Below are positions 38,511 to 47,790 of a stretch of DNA of 64,000 bases, in pieces (within the stretch, counting starts at the first letter, position 1; each line of letters begins with the position of its first letter). The notes beneath the pieces were generated by a model. That model searched no databases. It worked only from the letters and a program-made list of their open reading frames with translations, and was not told the origin of the DNA. The translations under genes were made by a program, and so were the position numbers. The stretch comes from an uncultured delta proteobacterium (GTDB lineage Bacteria; Desulfobacterota; Syntrophobacteria; BM002): positions 1 to 64,000 of the forward strand of contig CAVQGX010000038.1 of NCBI GenBank assembly GCA_963712115.1, written 5' to 3'.

Positions 38511-38723
38511 ATGGGAGAACAAAGCAAGACTAAGAAGGCGCAAGGAACATCCTTGAAACGAGTTCCGCTTATTTGCACAGATTGTGGTTGCGATCTGGGC
38601 CGCTCGTCCGCTGATAATATATTTCTTCTAAAGGACAAGGTTTATTGCCGTGGATGCAAGGCAAGTTATCTTCACGCTAAGAGTTTGGAGGATCTAACGG
38701 TAAATTCGCTAAAAACCAGATAG
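38511..38723 (+). CDS. Small Zn-finger-like hypothetical protein
   Basis: CTDCG...YCRGC. Confidence 0.5.
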   Translation: MGEQSKTKKAQGTSLKRVPLICTDCGCDLGRSSADNIFLLKDKVYCRGCKASYLHAKSLEDLTVNSLKTR

Positions 38724-38779
38724 ACGGGGAGAAAGTGAGACGAGATCGATGGGGAAAGGGTAACAAGTCCTTAAGAGGG

Positions 38780-38992
38780 TTAAGACTGAGACTGCTTGTC
38801 TTGAAGTAGCCGCCGCAGGAAGGGCTGCCAGAAACAAATTTCATACAACTTAAAAATCTTGGTCCAGTGACCGCCAAGCCGACACCACACATGTAAGGGA
38901 TGCAAATTGTGCTGTAGCTGCTTTTTCATTCGAGATCTCTCTACCCTACCCTTTTCCCCGGTCATATTACTCAAGGCAAGGTAGTGTCTCAA
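38780..38992 (-). CDS. Small hypothetical protein; start probably MKKQLQH (~38929)
   Basis: QHNLHPLHVWCRL...YE. Confidence 0.45.
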   Translation of the reverse strand: MRHYLALSNMTGEKGRVERSRMKKQLQHNLHPLHVWCRLGGHWTKIFKLYEICFWQPFLRRLLQDKQSQS

Positions 38993-39054
38993 TAGGGCAA
39001 AGTGTGTATTTTTTACAGATATACGCAGTATTTAGTATGGAGATTTACTAGAAG

Positions 39055-39235
39055 AATGGGGCAGAGGGTTGGAGGTTGGAGGAGCGCTGCGCTTTAGGTT
39101 GGAGGCAGGGGTCAGAGGTCAGAGGACGGAGGACAGACGACAGAGGTCGGAGGTCAGAGGTCGGAAAGTAACTAGGCACTAGGCACCAAAGCTTAGGCTC
39201 ACTATGCTGCGCTGTCATTTGTTGTGAGAGGTGTT
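39055..39235 (+). repeat. Mosaic repeat array
   Basis: ggttgga, tcagagg/acagagg and cactagg runs, gtcatt module. Confidence 0.85.
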
Positions 39236-39246
39236 AGGAGCTGATC

Positions 39247-40176
39247 TTATCCACTCATCTGCGACCATGGAGCTCCCGCGGTCCATTCAAATTGGAAGTC
39301 TACTCCGCGAGCGGCGGCATTTAGTGGAGGGATGAGAAACACTCTTATTTCGTCAATGATCTGCGGCAGCTCGAGTGCTATGTCCTCCAGTCCACTGCGA
39401 TTCAGAAATGCCTTCCACTGCGTCCCCTTTTCAATATCCATAGCGAATTCATTGCTCAGCGCTGTAGGGATCGACTTGGGAATCTTGGTCCGGCGCCGTT
39501 TAAATGTTGCCCTGATGGCCTCAGCAAGCTTTGGCCCTTCAAAGCTAAATTGCCTCAAGATCATCCTGATTTCGTAGAAGTCCTTCATGCGACTGTTCAA
39601 CATTCCCAAAGCAACCATGGCCTGGAGTTTCTCAGCAATGACTGTCTCGACCGGATAGGCAAGGATTCTGGGCGCCGGCAAGTCCAGAAGCGTTGGATAA
39701 GTGATTTTCAGTGCCCCCGGGGTTACCGCATCGCCGAGACCTATATCAACTTGGACACTGATACGAGCATTTCCCAGATTGGCGCTCAGTCTTATACGCT
39801 GACCCTGATACTCATGAGTTTCACGGATCTCAGTCACCTGAATGCTCTCGGGGTCAAACTCGAGACCATCAGGCTCAACCTTCACCTGGCAGATTTCCTG
39901 GAATATGCTGACCAACTGCTCTGGAGAAGCATCTCCTTGTCCTGCAAAGCCGATATCCCGGGTCGGTCGATGAGAACGATCCATCCAGATATTCAAGAGC
40001 ATGGCTCCTTTGAGGATGAACTCCCCTGAATGCTTTGAACGAGACAATCGATAGAGGAGTCTCTCTGCTGCGTACCAATTAAGTACCAGCTGGAAATCAT
40101 CTCCCCTCTCTCGGCTCAAGTCGTAAAGTCTCCGCCGAATCGAAGCGGTAATGTTTGCTGGGCTTTCTTTACTCAC
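39247..40176 (-). CDS. AbiEii/AbiGii-family nucleotidyltransferase toxin (type IV TA)
   Basis: ERLLYRL, FILKGA, RPTRD, ETVIAEK, NSRMKDFY; overlaps antitoxin stop. Confidence 0.88.
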   Translation of the reverse strand: MSKESPANITASIRRRLYDLSRERGDDFQLVLNWYAAERLLYRLSRSKHSGEFILKGAMLLNIWMDRSHRPTRDIGFAGQGDASPEQLVSIFQEICQVKVEPDGLEFDPESIQVTEIRETHEYQGQRIRLSANLGNARISVQVDIGLGDAVTPGALKITYPTLLDLPAPRILAYPVETVIAEKLQAMVALGMLNSRMKDFYEIRMILRQFSFEGPKLAEAIRATFKRRRTKIPKSIPTALSNEFAMDIEKGTQWKAFLNRSGLEDIALELPQIIDEIRVFLIPPLNAAARGVDFQFEWTAGAPWSQMSG

Positions 40177-40780
40177 AGTAGGCCTCCAGATAAGGCTTCA
40201 TCACCTTTGCAACCCGGCAGACTTTAGCGTATTGCCACAGTGCGTCATTGGTACATTTTCTCTGGCCGCGACAATCGCGAAGAGCCTCCATGGCAAGGTC
40301 AAGGCCGATCTTGTTCCTGTATTTGAAACAATCCGCCACTGTCTTGGCGGGGCAGTACACCTTGACCGGAACCCCTTCAATTATGTGCTCCTCAAAGCCC
40401 TCGCTGAGGGCCTTTCCGGAAAAGCGCACGATACGAAGCGGTGGGTAATCAATGCGGGGACGGGCGGCCCTACGGTCAAGGGCCATCCATATCTCACGCG
40501 GTGCTTGCGTCCCTATCCCATGAAACTGCAGCGCCGTAAGCAGACATGCCACCCCCTGTGGCATCCACTTTGCCGCTTGCGCGAGAGCGTGATGTTCTGA
40601 GATATCGGCATCAGCTGCTATGTAAAGCCCACGGCTCGTGCGGATTAGGAGTCCTTGCTGGTGAAGCCGACGGAGGTACTCAGAATGTATACCCCGTGAA
40701 GCCAGATCACTGACCCGCAGGACACCCATCTCTTGAGCTAGCTGCAGCACCTGCTCTTTCTTTGTCGAGTTTTCTGTCAT
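40169..40780 (-). CDS. AbiEi-family antitoxin / transcriptional regulator
   Basis: SRGLY, ACLLTALQFHG, AKTVADCFKYRNKIG, VMKPYLE. Confidence 0.9.
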   Translation of the reverse strand: MTENSTKKEQVLQLAQEMGVLRVSDLASRGIHSEYLRRLHQQGLLIRTSRGLYIAADADISEHHALAQAAKWMPQGVACLLTALQFHGIGTQAPREIWMALDRRAARPRIDYPPLRIVRFSGKALSEGFEEHIIEGVPVKVYCPAKTVADCFKYRNKIGLDLAMEALRDCRGQRKCTNDALWQYAKVCRVAKVMKPYLEAYCE

Positions 40781-40828
40781 GTGTAAAACTATATATGTTT
40801 ATATAAAAATGTAAAGCTTTTTACACAT
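40779..40828. promoter_or_regulatory. Inverted-repeat operator at the TA promoter
   Basis: atgtgtaaaa ... ttttacacat flanking an AT-rich promoter; AbiEi proteins are known to autorepress through IRs. Confidence 0.55.
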
Positions 40829-40844
40829 TTTTTTGAAGTAATAA

Positions 40845-41125
40845 GACGGGAGACAGAGGTCGGAGGACAGAGGTCGGAGAGTCACTAGGCACTAAGGACT
40901 AGGCACTAGGCACCACAAAGAAGTAGTCAGGAGACAGGAGACAGAATTCAGGTTTCAGCTTTTGTGTTTCTCTTCCCTGACACCTGACACCCGACACCTA
41001 ATACTCTGACACCTGATCCGCCTCCGGCGGAAAACCTGACACCCTGAGATTTGTTTCTTGAGATGGCTAGTTGCGGAATTGAAACAGGCAAAACTGACGA
41101 AACCGGCTAACCGGCTAAACCTGGA
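40845..41125 (+). repeat. Mosaic repeat array
   Basis: cagaggt, cactagg, ctgacac and accggcta runs; embedded tccgcctccggcgga. Confidence 0.85.
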
Positions 41126-41284
41126 TGTCCAGTCATCTGGATTTCCAACGCCCCGGATCTTTTTTCTCAGGCTGCAAATGAGATATGGCCCGAGATGGAA
41201 TTAGCCGTTATAGTTTCTGCAGCTGATTTGATATAATTCGTTGGCGATTATTCGAAAGTAACATTACCAGAGCGAGGGATATCC

Positions 41285-43792
41285 ATGGCAACAGCAAAAC
41301 GAGCAAAGGCAAGGAAGCCAAAAGGTGAGAAGAGCCGCACCGGCCTAAAGGTAGAGACTCTCAAGCGCGCTTTCGAAGAGAACCTCTTTTACACTCAATT
41401 CAGAATTGCCAGAGTCGCAACACCCAACGACCGCTACATGGCTTTGGCTTTCACTTTGCGGGACCGCTTGGCACACCGCTGGATCAACACTGTTGAAAGC
41501 TTTTTAAAAGAAGACGTCAAGATTGTCTGCTATCTATCGGCAGAATTTCTCCTGGGGCCTCACCTGGGGAACAATCTGATCAACCTGGGCATTTATGACA
41601 TCGCGCGCCAGGCTGTGGAGGAAGCGGGGTTCGACCTCACGGAGCTTATCAACCAGGAGGAGGAGCCCGGCCTGGGGAATGGTGGCTTGGGGAGACTGGC
41701 CGCCTGTTATCTTGACTCTCTGGCCACCCTGGAAATACCTGCTGTTGGATACGGTATTCGCTATGAGTTCGGCATCTTTGATCAGGAAATCCGCAACGGC
41801 TGGCAGGTCGAGATTACTGACAAATGGCTGCGTTTTGGCAACCCCTGGGAGATACCCCGATCGGAGATCACCTTTAATATCAACTTTGGCGGGCACACGG
41901 AAGACTACTACGACGCGGAAGGTCGCCTGCGGGTCCGCTGGTTGCCCCATAGAGTTGTCAAGGGTGTCGCCTATGATACGCCCATTTTGGGGTACAGGGT
42001 AAACACCTGCAACACCCTGCGCCTCTGGAAGGCAGAGGCGTGTGAATCCTTCGACTTTCAGGCTTTCAACCTGGGCGATTACTATGGTGCCGTGGACGAG
42101 AAGCTCTACTCCGAAAACATTACCAAAGTCCTCTACCCCAATGATGAGCCGATTGCGGGCAAGCAACTTCGCCTGGAGCAGCAATACTTCTTTGTCTCCT
42201 GTTCTCTCCAGGACTTGATCCGAATGCACCTTCTCAGAGGTAAAAGCCTCGATACCTTCCATGAGAAGTGCGCAGTGCAACTGAATGATACTCACCCATC
42301 CATCGCCGTAGCCGAATTGATGCGCCTTCTCATGGACGAGCATCAAATGGATTGGGACAAGGCCTGGGATGTAACCCGAAACACCTTTGCTTACACCAAC
42401 CACACCTTGTTGCCGGAAGCTCTGGAGAAGTGGCCCCTCCCTCTGTTTCGCAGCGTTCTGCCAAGGCACCTGGATATCATTTACGAAATCAATCGACGAT
42501 TTCTCAATGAAGTTCGAGTGAGATATCCTGGCGATGGAGGGGTTGCCTCACGGTTATCGCTGATTGACGAAGGTGGAGAAAAGTACGTGAGGATGGCCAA
42601 TCTGGCATGCGTCGGCAGCCACGCCATCAATGGAGTTGCCGCACTTCATACAGAGCTGCTCACACAAGATGTCCTCAGAGACTTCCACCAACTCTGGCCC
42701 GAAAAATTCAGCAACAAAACCAACGGGGTCACCCCGCGAAGATTCATGGTCCTGAGCAACCCCCGCCTCAGTCAACTAATCACCGATAAGATTGGCGACA
42801 CCTGGGTCAAGCACCTGGATGAACTCAGGAAGCTAGAACCCTTCGCTGACGACAAAGACTTCCGTAACAAATGGCAGCAAGTGAAACTCGAGAACAAGCG
42901 CGTCCTTGCCGGTCTCATCCAGGACCGCACCGGTATCTTGGTTGATCCTGACTCCCTTTTTGACATCTTGGTGAAGAGGATCCATGAATACAAGCGACAA
43001 CACCTGAATGTGCTGCACATTATCAGCCTTTTTAACCGGATCAAGAAGGACCCATCAATCCAGATTACACCCAGGACTTTCATCTTCGGCGGCAAGGCCG
43101 CACCAGGGTATTTTATGGCAAAGTTGATCATCAAGCTCATCAACTCGGTAGCAGCCGTGGTGAACAAGGACCCTGATGTGGCCGGTCGACTGAAAGTGGT
43201 CTTTTTCCCAGATTTCAACGTGAAGAACGCCCAACCAATCTACCCGGCCGCCGACCTTTCAGAACAGATCTCTACTGCCGGCAAAGAGGCCTCGGGCACA
43301 GGGAACATGAAGTTTTCCATGAATGGTGCCTTGACTATCGGGACGCTCGATGGTGCCAACGTCGAGATCAGGGAGGAAGTTGGAGCGGATAATTTCTTCC
43401 TTTTCGGGCTAACAGCCGAGGAGGTCCATAAAGTAAAAACCAAGGGTTACAACCCTCAGGAATACTACAATTCCAACACTGAGCTCAAAAAAGCGATCGA
43501 CCTCATTGCCTCGGGCTATTTCTCTCGAGGTGATTTAGGCCTGTTCAAACCGCTGGTTGATTCGCTGCTCCATCACGATGACTATCTGGTTCTTGCCGAC
43601 TATCAATCGTATGTTGAATGTCAGGAAAGAGTGAGCCAGGCTTATGTGGACAAGGAAAAGTGGACGAGAATGTCCATACTGAATGTAGCTCGGATGGGCA
43701 AATTCTCCTCGGACCGATCTATAAGGGAATACTGTGAGGACATCTGGAAGGTCAAGCCTGTTCCAGTAGACTTGCACGAATACGAGCTGTAG
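41285..43792 (+). CDS. glgP: Glycogen/maltodextrin phosphorylase
   Basis: LGNGGLGRLAAC, QLNDTHP, KRIHEYKRQ, EASGTGNMK. Confidence 0.97.
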   Translation: MATAKRAKARKPKGEKSRTGLKVETLKRAFEENLFYTQFRIARVATPNDRYMALAFTLRDRLAHRWINTVESFLKEDVKIVCYLSAEFLLGPHLGNNLINLGIYDIARQAVEEAGFDLTELINQEEEPGLGNGGLGRLAACYLDSLATLEIPAVGYGIRYEFGIFDQEIRNGWQVEITDKWLRFGNPWEIPRSEITFNINFGGHTEDYYDAEGRLRVRWLPHRVVKGVAYDTPILGYRVNTCNTLRLWKAEACESFDFQAFNLGDYYGAVDEKLYSENITKVLYPNDEPIAGKQLRLEQQYFFVSCSLQDLIRMHLLRGKSLDTFHEKCAVQLNDTHPSIAVAELMRLLMDEHQMDWDKAWDVTRNTFAYTNHTLLPEALEKWPLPLFRSVLPRHLDIIYEINRRFLNEVRVRYPGDGGVASRLSLIDEGGEKYVRMANLACVGSHAINGVAALHTELLTQDVLRDFHQLWPEKFSNKTNGVTPRRFMVLSNPRLSQLITDKIGDTWVKHLDELRKLEPFADDKDFRNKWQQVKLENKRVLAGLIQDRTGILVDPDSLFDILVKRIHEYKRQHLNVLHIISLFNRIKKDPSIQITPRTFIFGGKAAPGYFMAKLIIKLINSVAAVVNKDPDVAGRLKVVFFPDFNVKNAQPIYPAADLSEQISTAGKEASGTGNMKFSMNGALTIGTLDGANVEIREEVGADNFFLFGLTAEEVHKVKTKGYNPQEYYNSNTELKKAIDLIASGYFSRGDLGLFKPLVDSLLHHDDYLVLADYQSYVECQERVSQAYVDKEKWTRMSILNVARMGKFSSDRSIREYCEDIWKVKPVPVDLHEYEL

Positions 43793-43804
43793 AGTTTGTG
43801 TTAG

Positions 43805-44030
43805 CAGATTTGGGATTGCGGATTGCGGAGAGGCACAAGGCACAGGGCGCAAGGCTCAGGGCTCTTTGTTGATTAGTTGATTAGGGAATTAGTTAATTCG
43901 TTAAATTCATTAAATCCTTCAACCGCAGACCCACGCAGACGGACGCAGACTGTTTTATCTACCGCCCGCTCCCCTTTCCCGCTATAGCGGGACTCAGGGT
44001 CGCTCGAGACCACAGAGCACGCAGAGAAAA
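43805..44030 (+). repeat. Mosaic repeat array
   Basis: gattgcg, ggcacaa, gattagtt and cgcagac runs; embedded tcccgctatagcggga. Confidence 0.75.
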
Positions 44031-44044
44031 TCTTTACAGTACAT

Positions 44045-44186
44045 GTGGTAAGACCGCTCCAAGGTTCCCGCCGAGCGGGGATTCCGATAAATCGGAATCT
44101 GTAGGTAGCCCTTTAGAGCCAATAAAAAGTCAGCTTATTATTGGCTCTAAAGGACTCCCCACCAAACCTTCGAGCGTTCCCACCAG
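44045..44186. other. Multi-branched palindromic element between convergent genes
   Basis: 16-bp perfect IR 44110-44125/44138-44153 plus two small hairpins, enclosed by an imperfect outer stem. Confidence 0.55.
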
Positions 44187-44315
44187 GACTCGTAATGCTA
44201 CCTCACTTCTTTTATTGAGAGACCGCGGAGGGTACTGAGCGCACTGCGACAATTAATCTCTTTGCAAACAACAACGTCGTGAGTCGTGCCAAGTTCCAGT
44301 ATGGGAAGCGCACGC

Positions 44316-44768
44316 CTACCTTTTGACCACAATAACCGGTTTTTTGCAGTGCCGAATGACGTGTTCTGAAACTGAGCCCAGAAGCATTTCTGCGATATTA
44401 CTTCTGCCATGAGACCCCAGGACGATGACGGATACGTCCTCTTGCTGTTCCACCTCCAGGATCTTCAACTTGGGAACCCCTTTTTCAACCCTTAGTTTGA
44501 CAGAGAACCCTGCTGCCCTAAGTTTTGACTTTACAGGTTTCAGTTCCTCTTTCGCCTCTTGCTCCAGTTGCTTACGGACGCTGTCAAAAAACTTAATCTC
44601 ATCTTTGCCGGCCCAGGAGATGCCATGTGTAAGCTCGGTTCTTTTCTGGTCGATCACCCGCAAGACAACCACCTCTTTCACGCCGGTTTCTCGCATACCC
44701 ATAATGAAGGCCAAAGCTTTTTTTGACACATCAGAGAAATCTGTTGGGTAAAGTATTTTTTCGAACAT
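44316..44768 (-). CDS. Universal stress protein
   Basis: KILYPTDFS, GSHGRS, LLGSVSE, PVIVVK. Confidence 0.93.
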   Translation of the reverse strand: MFEKILYPTDFSDVSKKALAFIMGMRETGVKEVVVLRVIDQKRTELTHGISWAGKDEIKFFDSVRKQLEQEAKEELKPVKSKLRAAGFSVKLRVEKGVPKLKILEVEQQEDVSVIVLGSHGRSNIAEMLLGSVSEHVIRHCKKPVIVVKR

Positions 44769-44879
44769 CTGTTGCCTCCTGCTAATTGGAGTATTTTCTC
44801 GAGGTCATTTTCCTGGCAATTATTCTCAAAAACTTAGCTGCACCATGATTTATCCTTGCCTATTCCAATATAAGCTGAG

Positions 44880-44894
44880 GCAAGGGATGTGCCA
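44880..44894 (-). promoter_or_regulatory. Sigma-54 promoter
   Basis: Consensus TGGCAC-atccc-TTGC. Confidence 0.7.
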
Positions 44895-45024
44895 GAAACG
44901 ACAGCACCCATAAGGTGAGATTAACCAATTAATATGACGGCGAATTCCTGGATGACTGCGGGATTAACCCTCCTGGTCAAGGATGAAAATCTGTCAGAAT
45001 TTCTTACAGACTGTAAAAGAGAAT

Positions 45025-45230
45025 TTGTCAATTAGTTGATTCGTCAAATGGTCAAATCGTAGAAGTCGTCCGGTCCAGAGGTCAGAAGTCAGAGGTCGGA
45101 GGTCAGAAGGCAGAAGACAGAGGGCAGAAGTCAGAGGTCGGAGGTCGGTTTGCGGAATTTTTAGCTGACAGCTGAGCGCTGATAGCTGACGGCTGAATAG
45201 AACCGTCCAAACTGGCGAAACCGGCTAAAC
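45025..45230 (+). repeat. Mosaic repeat array
   Basis: Shares blocks with ~7920-7975 and 37925-37980. Confidence 0.85.
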
Positions 45231-45433
45231 AGTCAGTGGGGAATGATACGCTAAAGTGGTAATTCTCTTCCCACAATCGACATATTATTACCTATATTTC
45301 TCGCCCGAGCATTTACTCCTCTTCCGCTAAGTATTAGAAAACAAAAGAGATATTTGATACACGCAAGAAGGCACGCTTTTTGTTTACCAAGTGTGAATCA
45401 TGGCTTCGGTTCACTACGGCGCACAAATACTAA

Positions 45434-46942
45434 ATGCTTGCGGGTGCCGAGAACAGAAGGCTCATGTACCTATCTCACTACAATTTGAGAGAAAAACCCT
45501 TTCAGCTTTCTCCAGACCCCAAGTTCCTCTGGCTTGGCGAGCAGCATAAGGAGGCCCTTGCTACTCTGGAATATGGGATACGTGCCACCAAGGGTTTCAT
45601 CCTTCTCACCGGTGACGTCGGCACCGGTAAAACCACACTTATAAATGCCATAATCCGCCGCTGGAAAGAAAACAGCGTCATCGCCTCAGTATCTGATCCT
45701 CAAATGGAAATTATAGATTTTTACAACTTCCTTGCTCACTCGTTTAAGATGGGCAGGCGGTTCGAGAGTAAAGGAGATTTTTTAGTAAAATTTAGCCATT
45801 TACTTTTTACTATATACAGAAACAACAAAAAGTTGGTGCTGATAATTGATGAAGCACAGAGATTGAATCATGAACTTCTCGAAGAAATACGCCATTTATC
45901 TAATATTGAACTACAAAATAACAAGCTTTTGTCAATTATTCTGGCCGGGCAGAATGAATTAAATGATATTTTGCGGCAGGATATCAACCGGGCCATAAGG
46001 CAAAGGATAGCCATCAATTACCATCTCAAACCTCTGACTAAAAACGATACCAAAGACTACCTCAGACACCGTCTCAAAATTGCGGGCACAGAAAGGAAGA
46101 TTTTTAAAGCTGATGCTCTGCCTGAAATTATGTTTTTTTCAAAAGGCTATCCCCGTTTGATTAACAGCATTTGCGATCATTCCCTTTTGACGGGATACGT
46201 CAAGGGCGTACATGAAATCGATGCAAAGATCGTAAAAGAGTGCTCTAAGGAACTCCTTTTGCCAAGCGAGCGAGAAGAGCAACCTGCGCATATATTTAAA
46301 CGGGCGGCAAACAAAACAACAACCTATGACTACAAGAGCACCTTTGCCTATGCTCTCGTATCTGTGCTGCTCCTGTTACTTTTGGGATATTTTTTTCACT
46401 CGAGGGGATACATCACAACCCTAGATAAAAGTCCAAAAACAGACTCTGGCCACTTAATAGTGCAGGCGCAGAAAGACAGAGGACAGACGGCAGAAGACAG
46501 AGGTCGGAGGTCAGAGGTCAGAGGTCGGAGGACAGATGACGAAGCCAAAAGACGTGTGATCGAACCCATACGGTTCCCACTTTCAGAAGATCATAAACTA
46601 ATCATCTATTTCGATTTTGACTCAACCCAGCTTTCCAATGATGCCTTTGAAAAGCTGGAGCAGTTTGCTGCTGCTCTGCTTCAGAGACCTGAGTTCAGGA
46701 TAATAATCAAAGGCTTCACTGATGGATCGGGAATATACAGTTACAACAAGTTGCTTTCCGAATACAGGGCAAACGTTGTGAAAAGTTATCTCATCGGCAA
46801 GAGAATTGAACCCGTTAGAATCAAAACAATCGGCATTGGGCCAGCGGAGTCAAGCGCGGCGAACACAGCAGCAAAATTGAATCGCCGAGTAGAAATTGAA
46901 TTGTATAGGAAAGAACTCACAGACACAGGTGGAGGAAAATGA
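45434..46942 (+). CDS. ExeA/GspA-like AAA ATPase with TM and C-terminal OmpA-like domain; start probably ATG 45464
   Basis: PF...PDP.F, GDVGTGKT, IIDEAQ, GYPRLIN; GFTD..G...LSEYRA...NRRVEI. Confidence 0.88.
   Translation: MLAGAENRRLMYLSHYNLREKPFQLSPDPKFLWLGEQHKEALATLEYGIRATKGFILLTGDVGTGKTTLINAIIRRWKENSVIASVSDPQMEIIDFYNFLAHSFKMGRRFESKGDFLVKFSHLLFTIYRNNKKLVLIIDEAQRLNHELLEEIRHLSNIELQNNKLLSIILAGQNELNDILRQDINRAIRQRIAINYHLKPLTKNDTKDYLRHRLKIAGTERKIFKADALPEIMFFSKGYPRLINSICDHSLLTGYVKGVHEIDAKIVKECSKELLLPSEREEQPAHIFKRAANKTTTYDYKSTFAYALVSVLLLLLLGYFFHSRGYITTLDKSPKTDSGHLIVQAQKDRGQTAEDRGRRSEVRGRRTDDEAKRRVIEPIRFPLSEDHKLIIYFDFDSTQLSNDAFEKLEQFAAALLQRPEFRIIIKGFTDGSGIYSYNKLLSEYRANVVKSYLIGKRIEPVRIKTIGIGPAESSAANTAAKLNRRVEIELYRKELTDTGGGK
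46476..46538 (+). repeat. In-frame block of nine heptamers inside the ExeA-OmpA gene
   Basis: acagagg acagacg gcagaag acagagg tcggagg tcagagg tcagagg tcggagg acagatg (63 bp). Confidence 0.85.
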
Positions 46943-47790
46943 AGGACAACAAGATCAAAAAAATAATACTGAGTGCGGTGGTCATAGCGATAGTTCTGGG
47001 CTCCGGTATAGACGGCTATAGAGCTTCTGTAGTTGACGCTTCCACAGAAGGCAAAGTCAGGGGTGCTGTAGGGAAAATTCCCCAAAAGGAGTTTAAGCAA
47101 GCGGAACTCGACATTGTCTTCGTGCTCGACAACTCAGGGAGCATGAGGAAGAACGACCCCAATTTTATAACTAGAGAAGTTGTAACGAATTTTGCAAGTG
47201 ACCTTGGAGAAACAGCACGTCTGGGAATGGTCATTTTTGATGAGACTGCAGAACTCATCGAACCACTGACCTCGTTAGACAATTCAGAAATCCGGGCAAG
47301 CTTTCTCAAAGGTCTAGATTTGATCGATTTCAGGGGCAAATTCACCAACAGCCCCGCAGGTATTGAAAGGGCGGTTTACGAACTCAAGACTAACGGCCGA
47401 CAGGATGCTGAAAAAATAATTATTTTCTTGACCGACGGAATCGTAGATACAGGAAACAAAAATCAGGATCTCGAAAAAGAAAATTGGCTGAAGGAAGATC
47501 TCACCCAAGACAGCAAAAACGCGGGCATCCGTATTTTTGGTATCGCCTTTACTGAAAATGCTGATTTCCGTCTGATCCAGACCCTGGCGGTTAGGACAGA
47601 GGGGGAATATTTCAGGGTATTCGAGGTGGGTGATCTTCAGGTGGTCTTCACCAAGATCAAGGGAATCATCGCTAAAGCACCCGCTACGAAAACGGACGTG
47701 TCCCTTGCAGAAGCAAAGCCTGTCGCACCTGCAGTAAAAAAGGGGCCATCAGGAAGAACAACTTCAAACCAGAGCCACAATGGCCAGTAA
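46939..47790 (+). CDS. vWA domain protein (possibly the N-half of a split vWA-TM-FHA gene)
   Basis: LDNSGSM, FLTDG. Confidence 0.8.
   Translation: MKDNKIKKIILSAVVIAIVLGSGIDGYRASVVDASTEGKVRGAVGKIPQKEFKQAELDIVFVLDNSGSMRKNDPNFITREVVTNFASDLGETARLGMVIFDETAELIEPLTSLDNSEIRASFLKGLDLIDFRGKFTNSPAGIERAVYELKTNGRQDAEKIIIFLTDGIVDTGNKNQDLEKENWLKEDLTQDSKNAGIRIFGIAFTENADFRLIQTLAVRTEGEYFRVFEVGDLQVVFTKIKGIIAKAPATKTDVSLAEAKPVAPAVKKGPSGRTTSNQSHNGQ

Noticed and set aside
41534-42469. 311-aa antisense ORF in glgP and similar shadow ORFs (8304-9083, 17206-17961, 26635-27282)
   Set aside because: Opposite-strand shadows of well-supported genes, with no recognisable motifs.
47736-47745. Programmed -1 frameshift at AAAAAAG joining vWA and FHA
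   Set aside because: The downstream frame is +1, not -1, so an indel is the simpler explanation.
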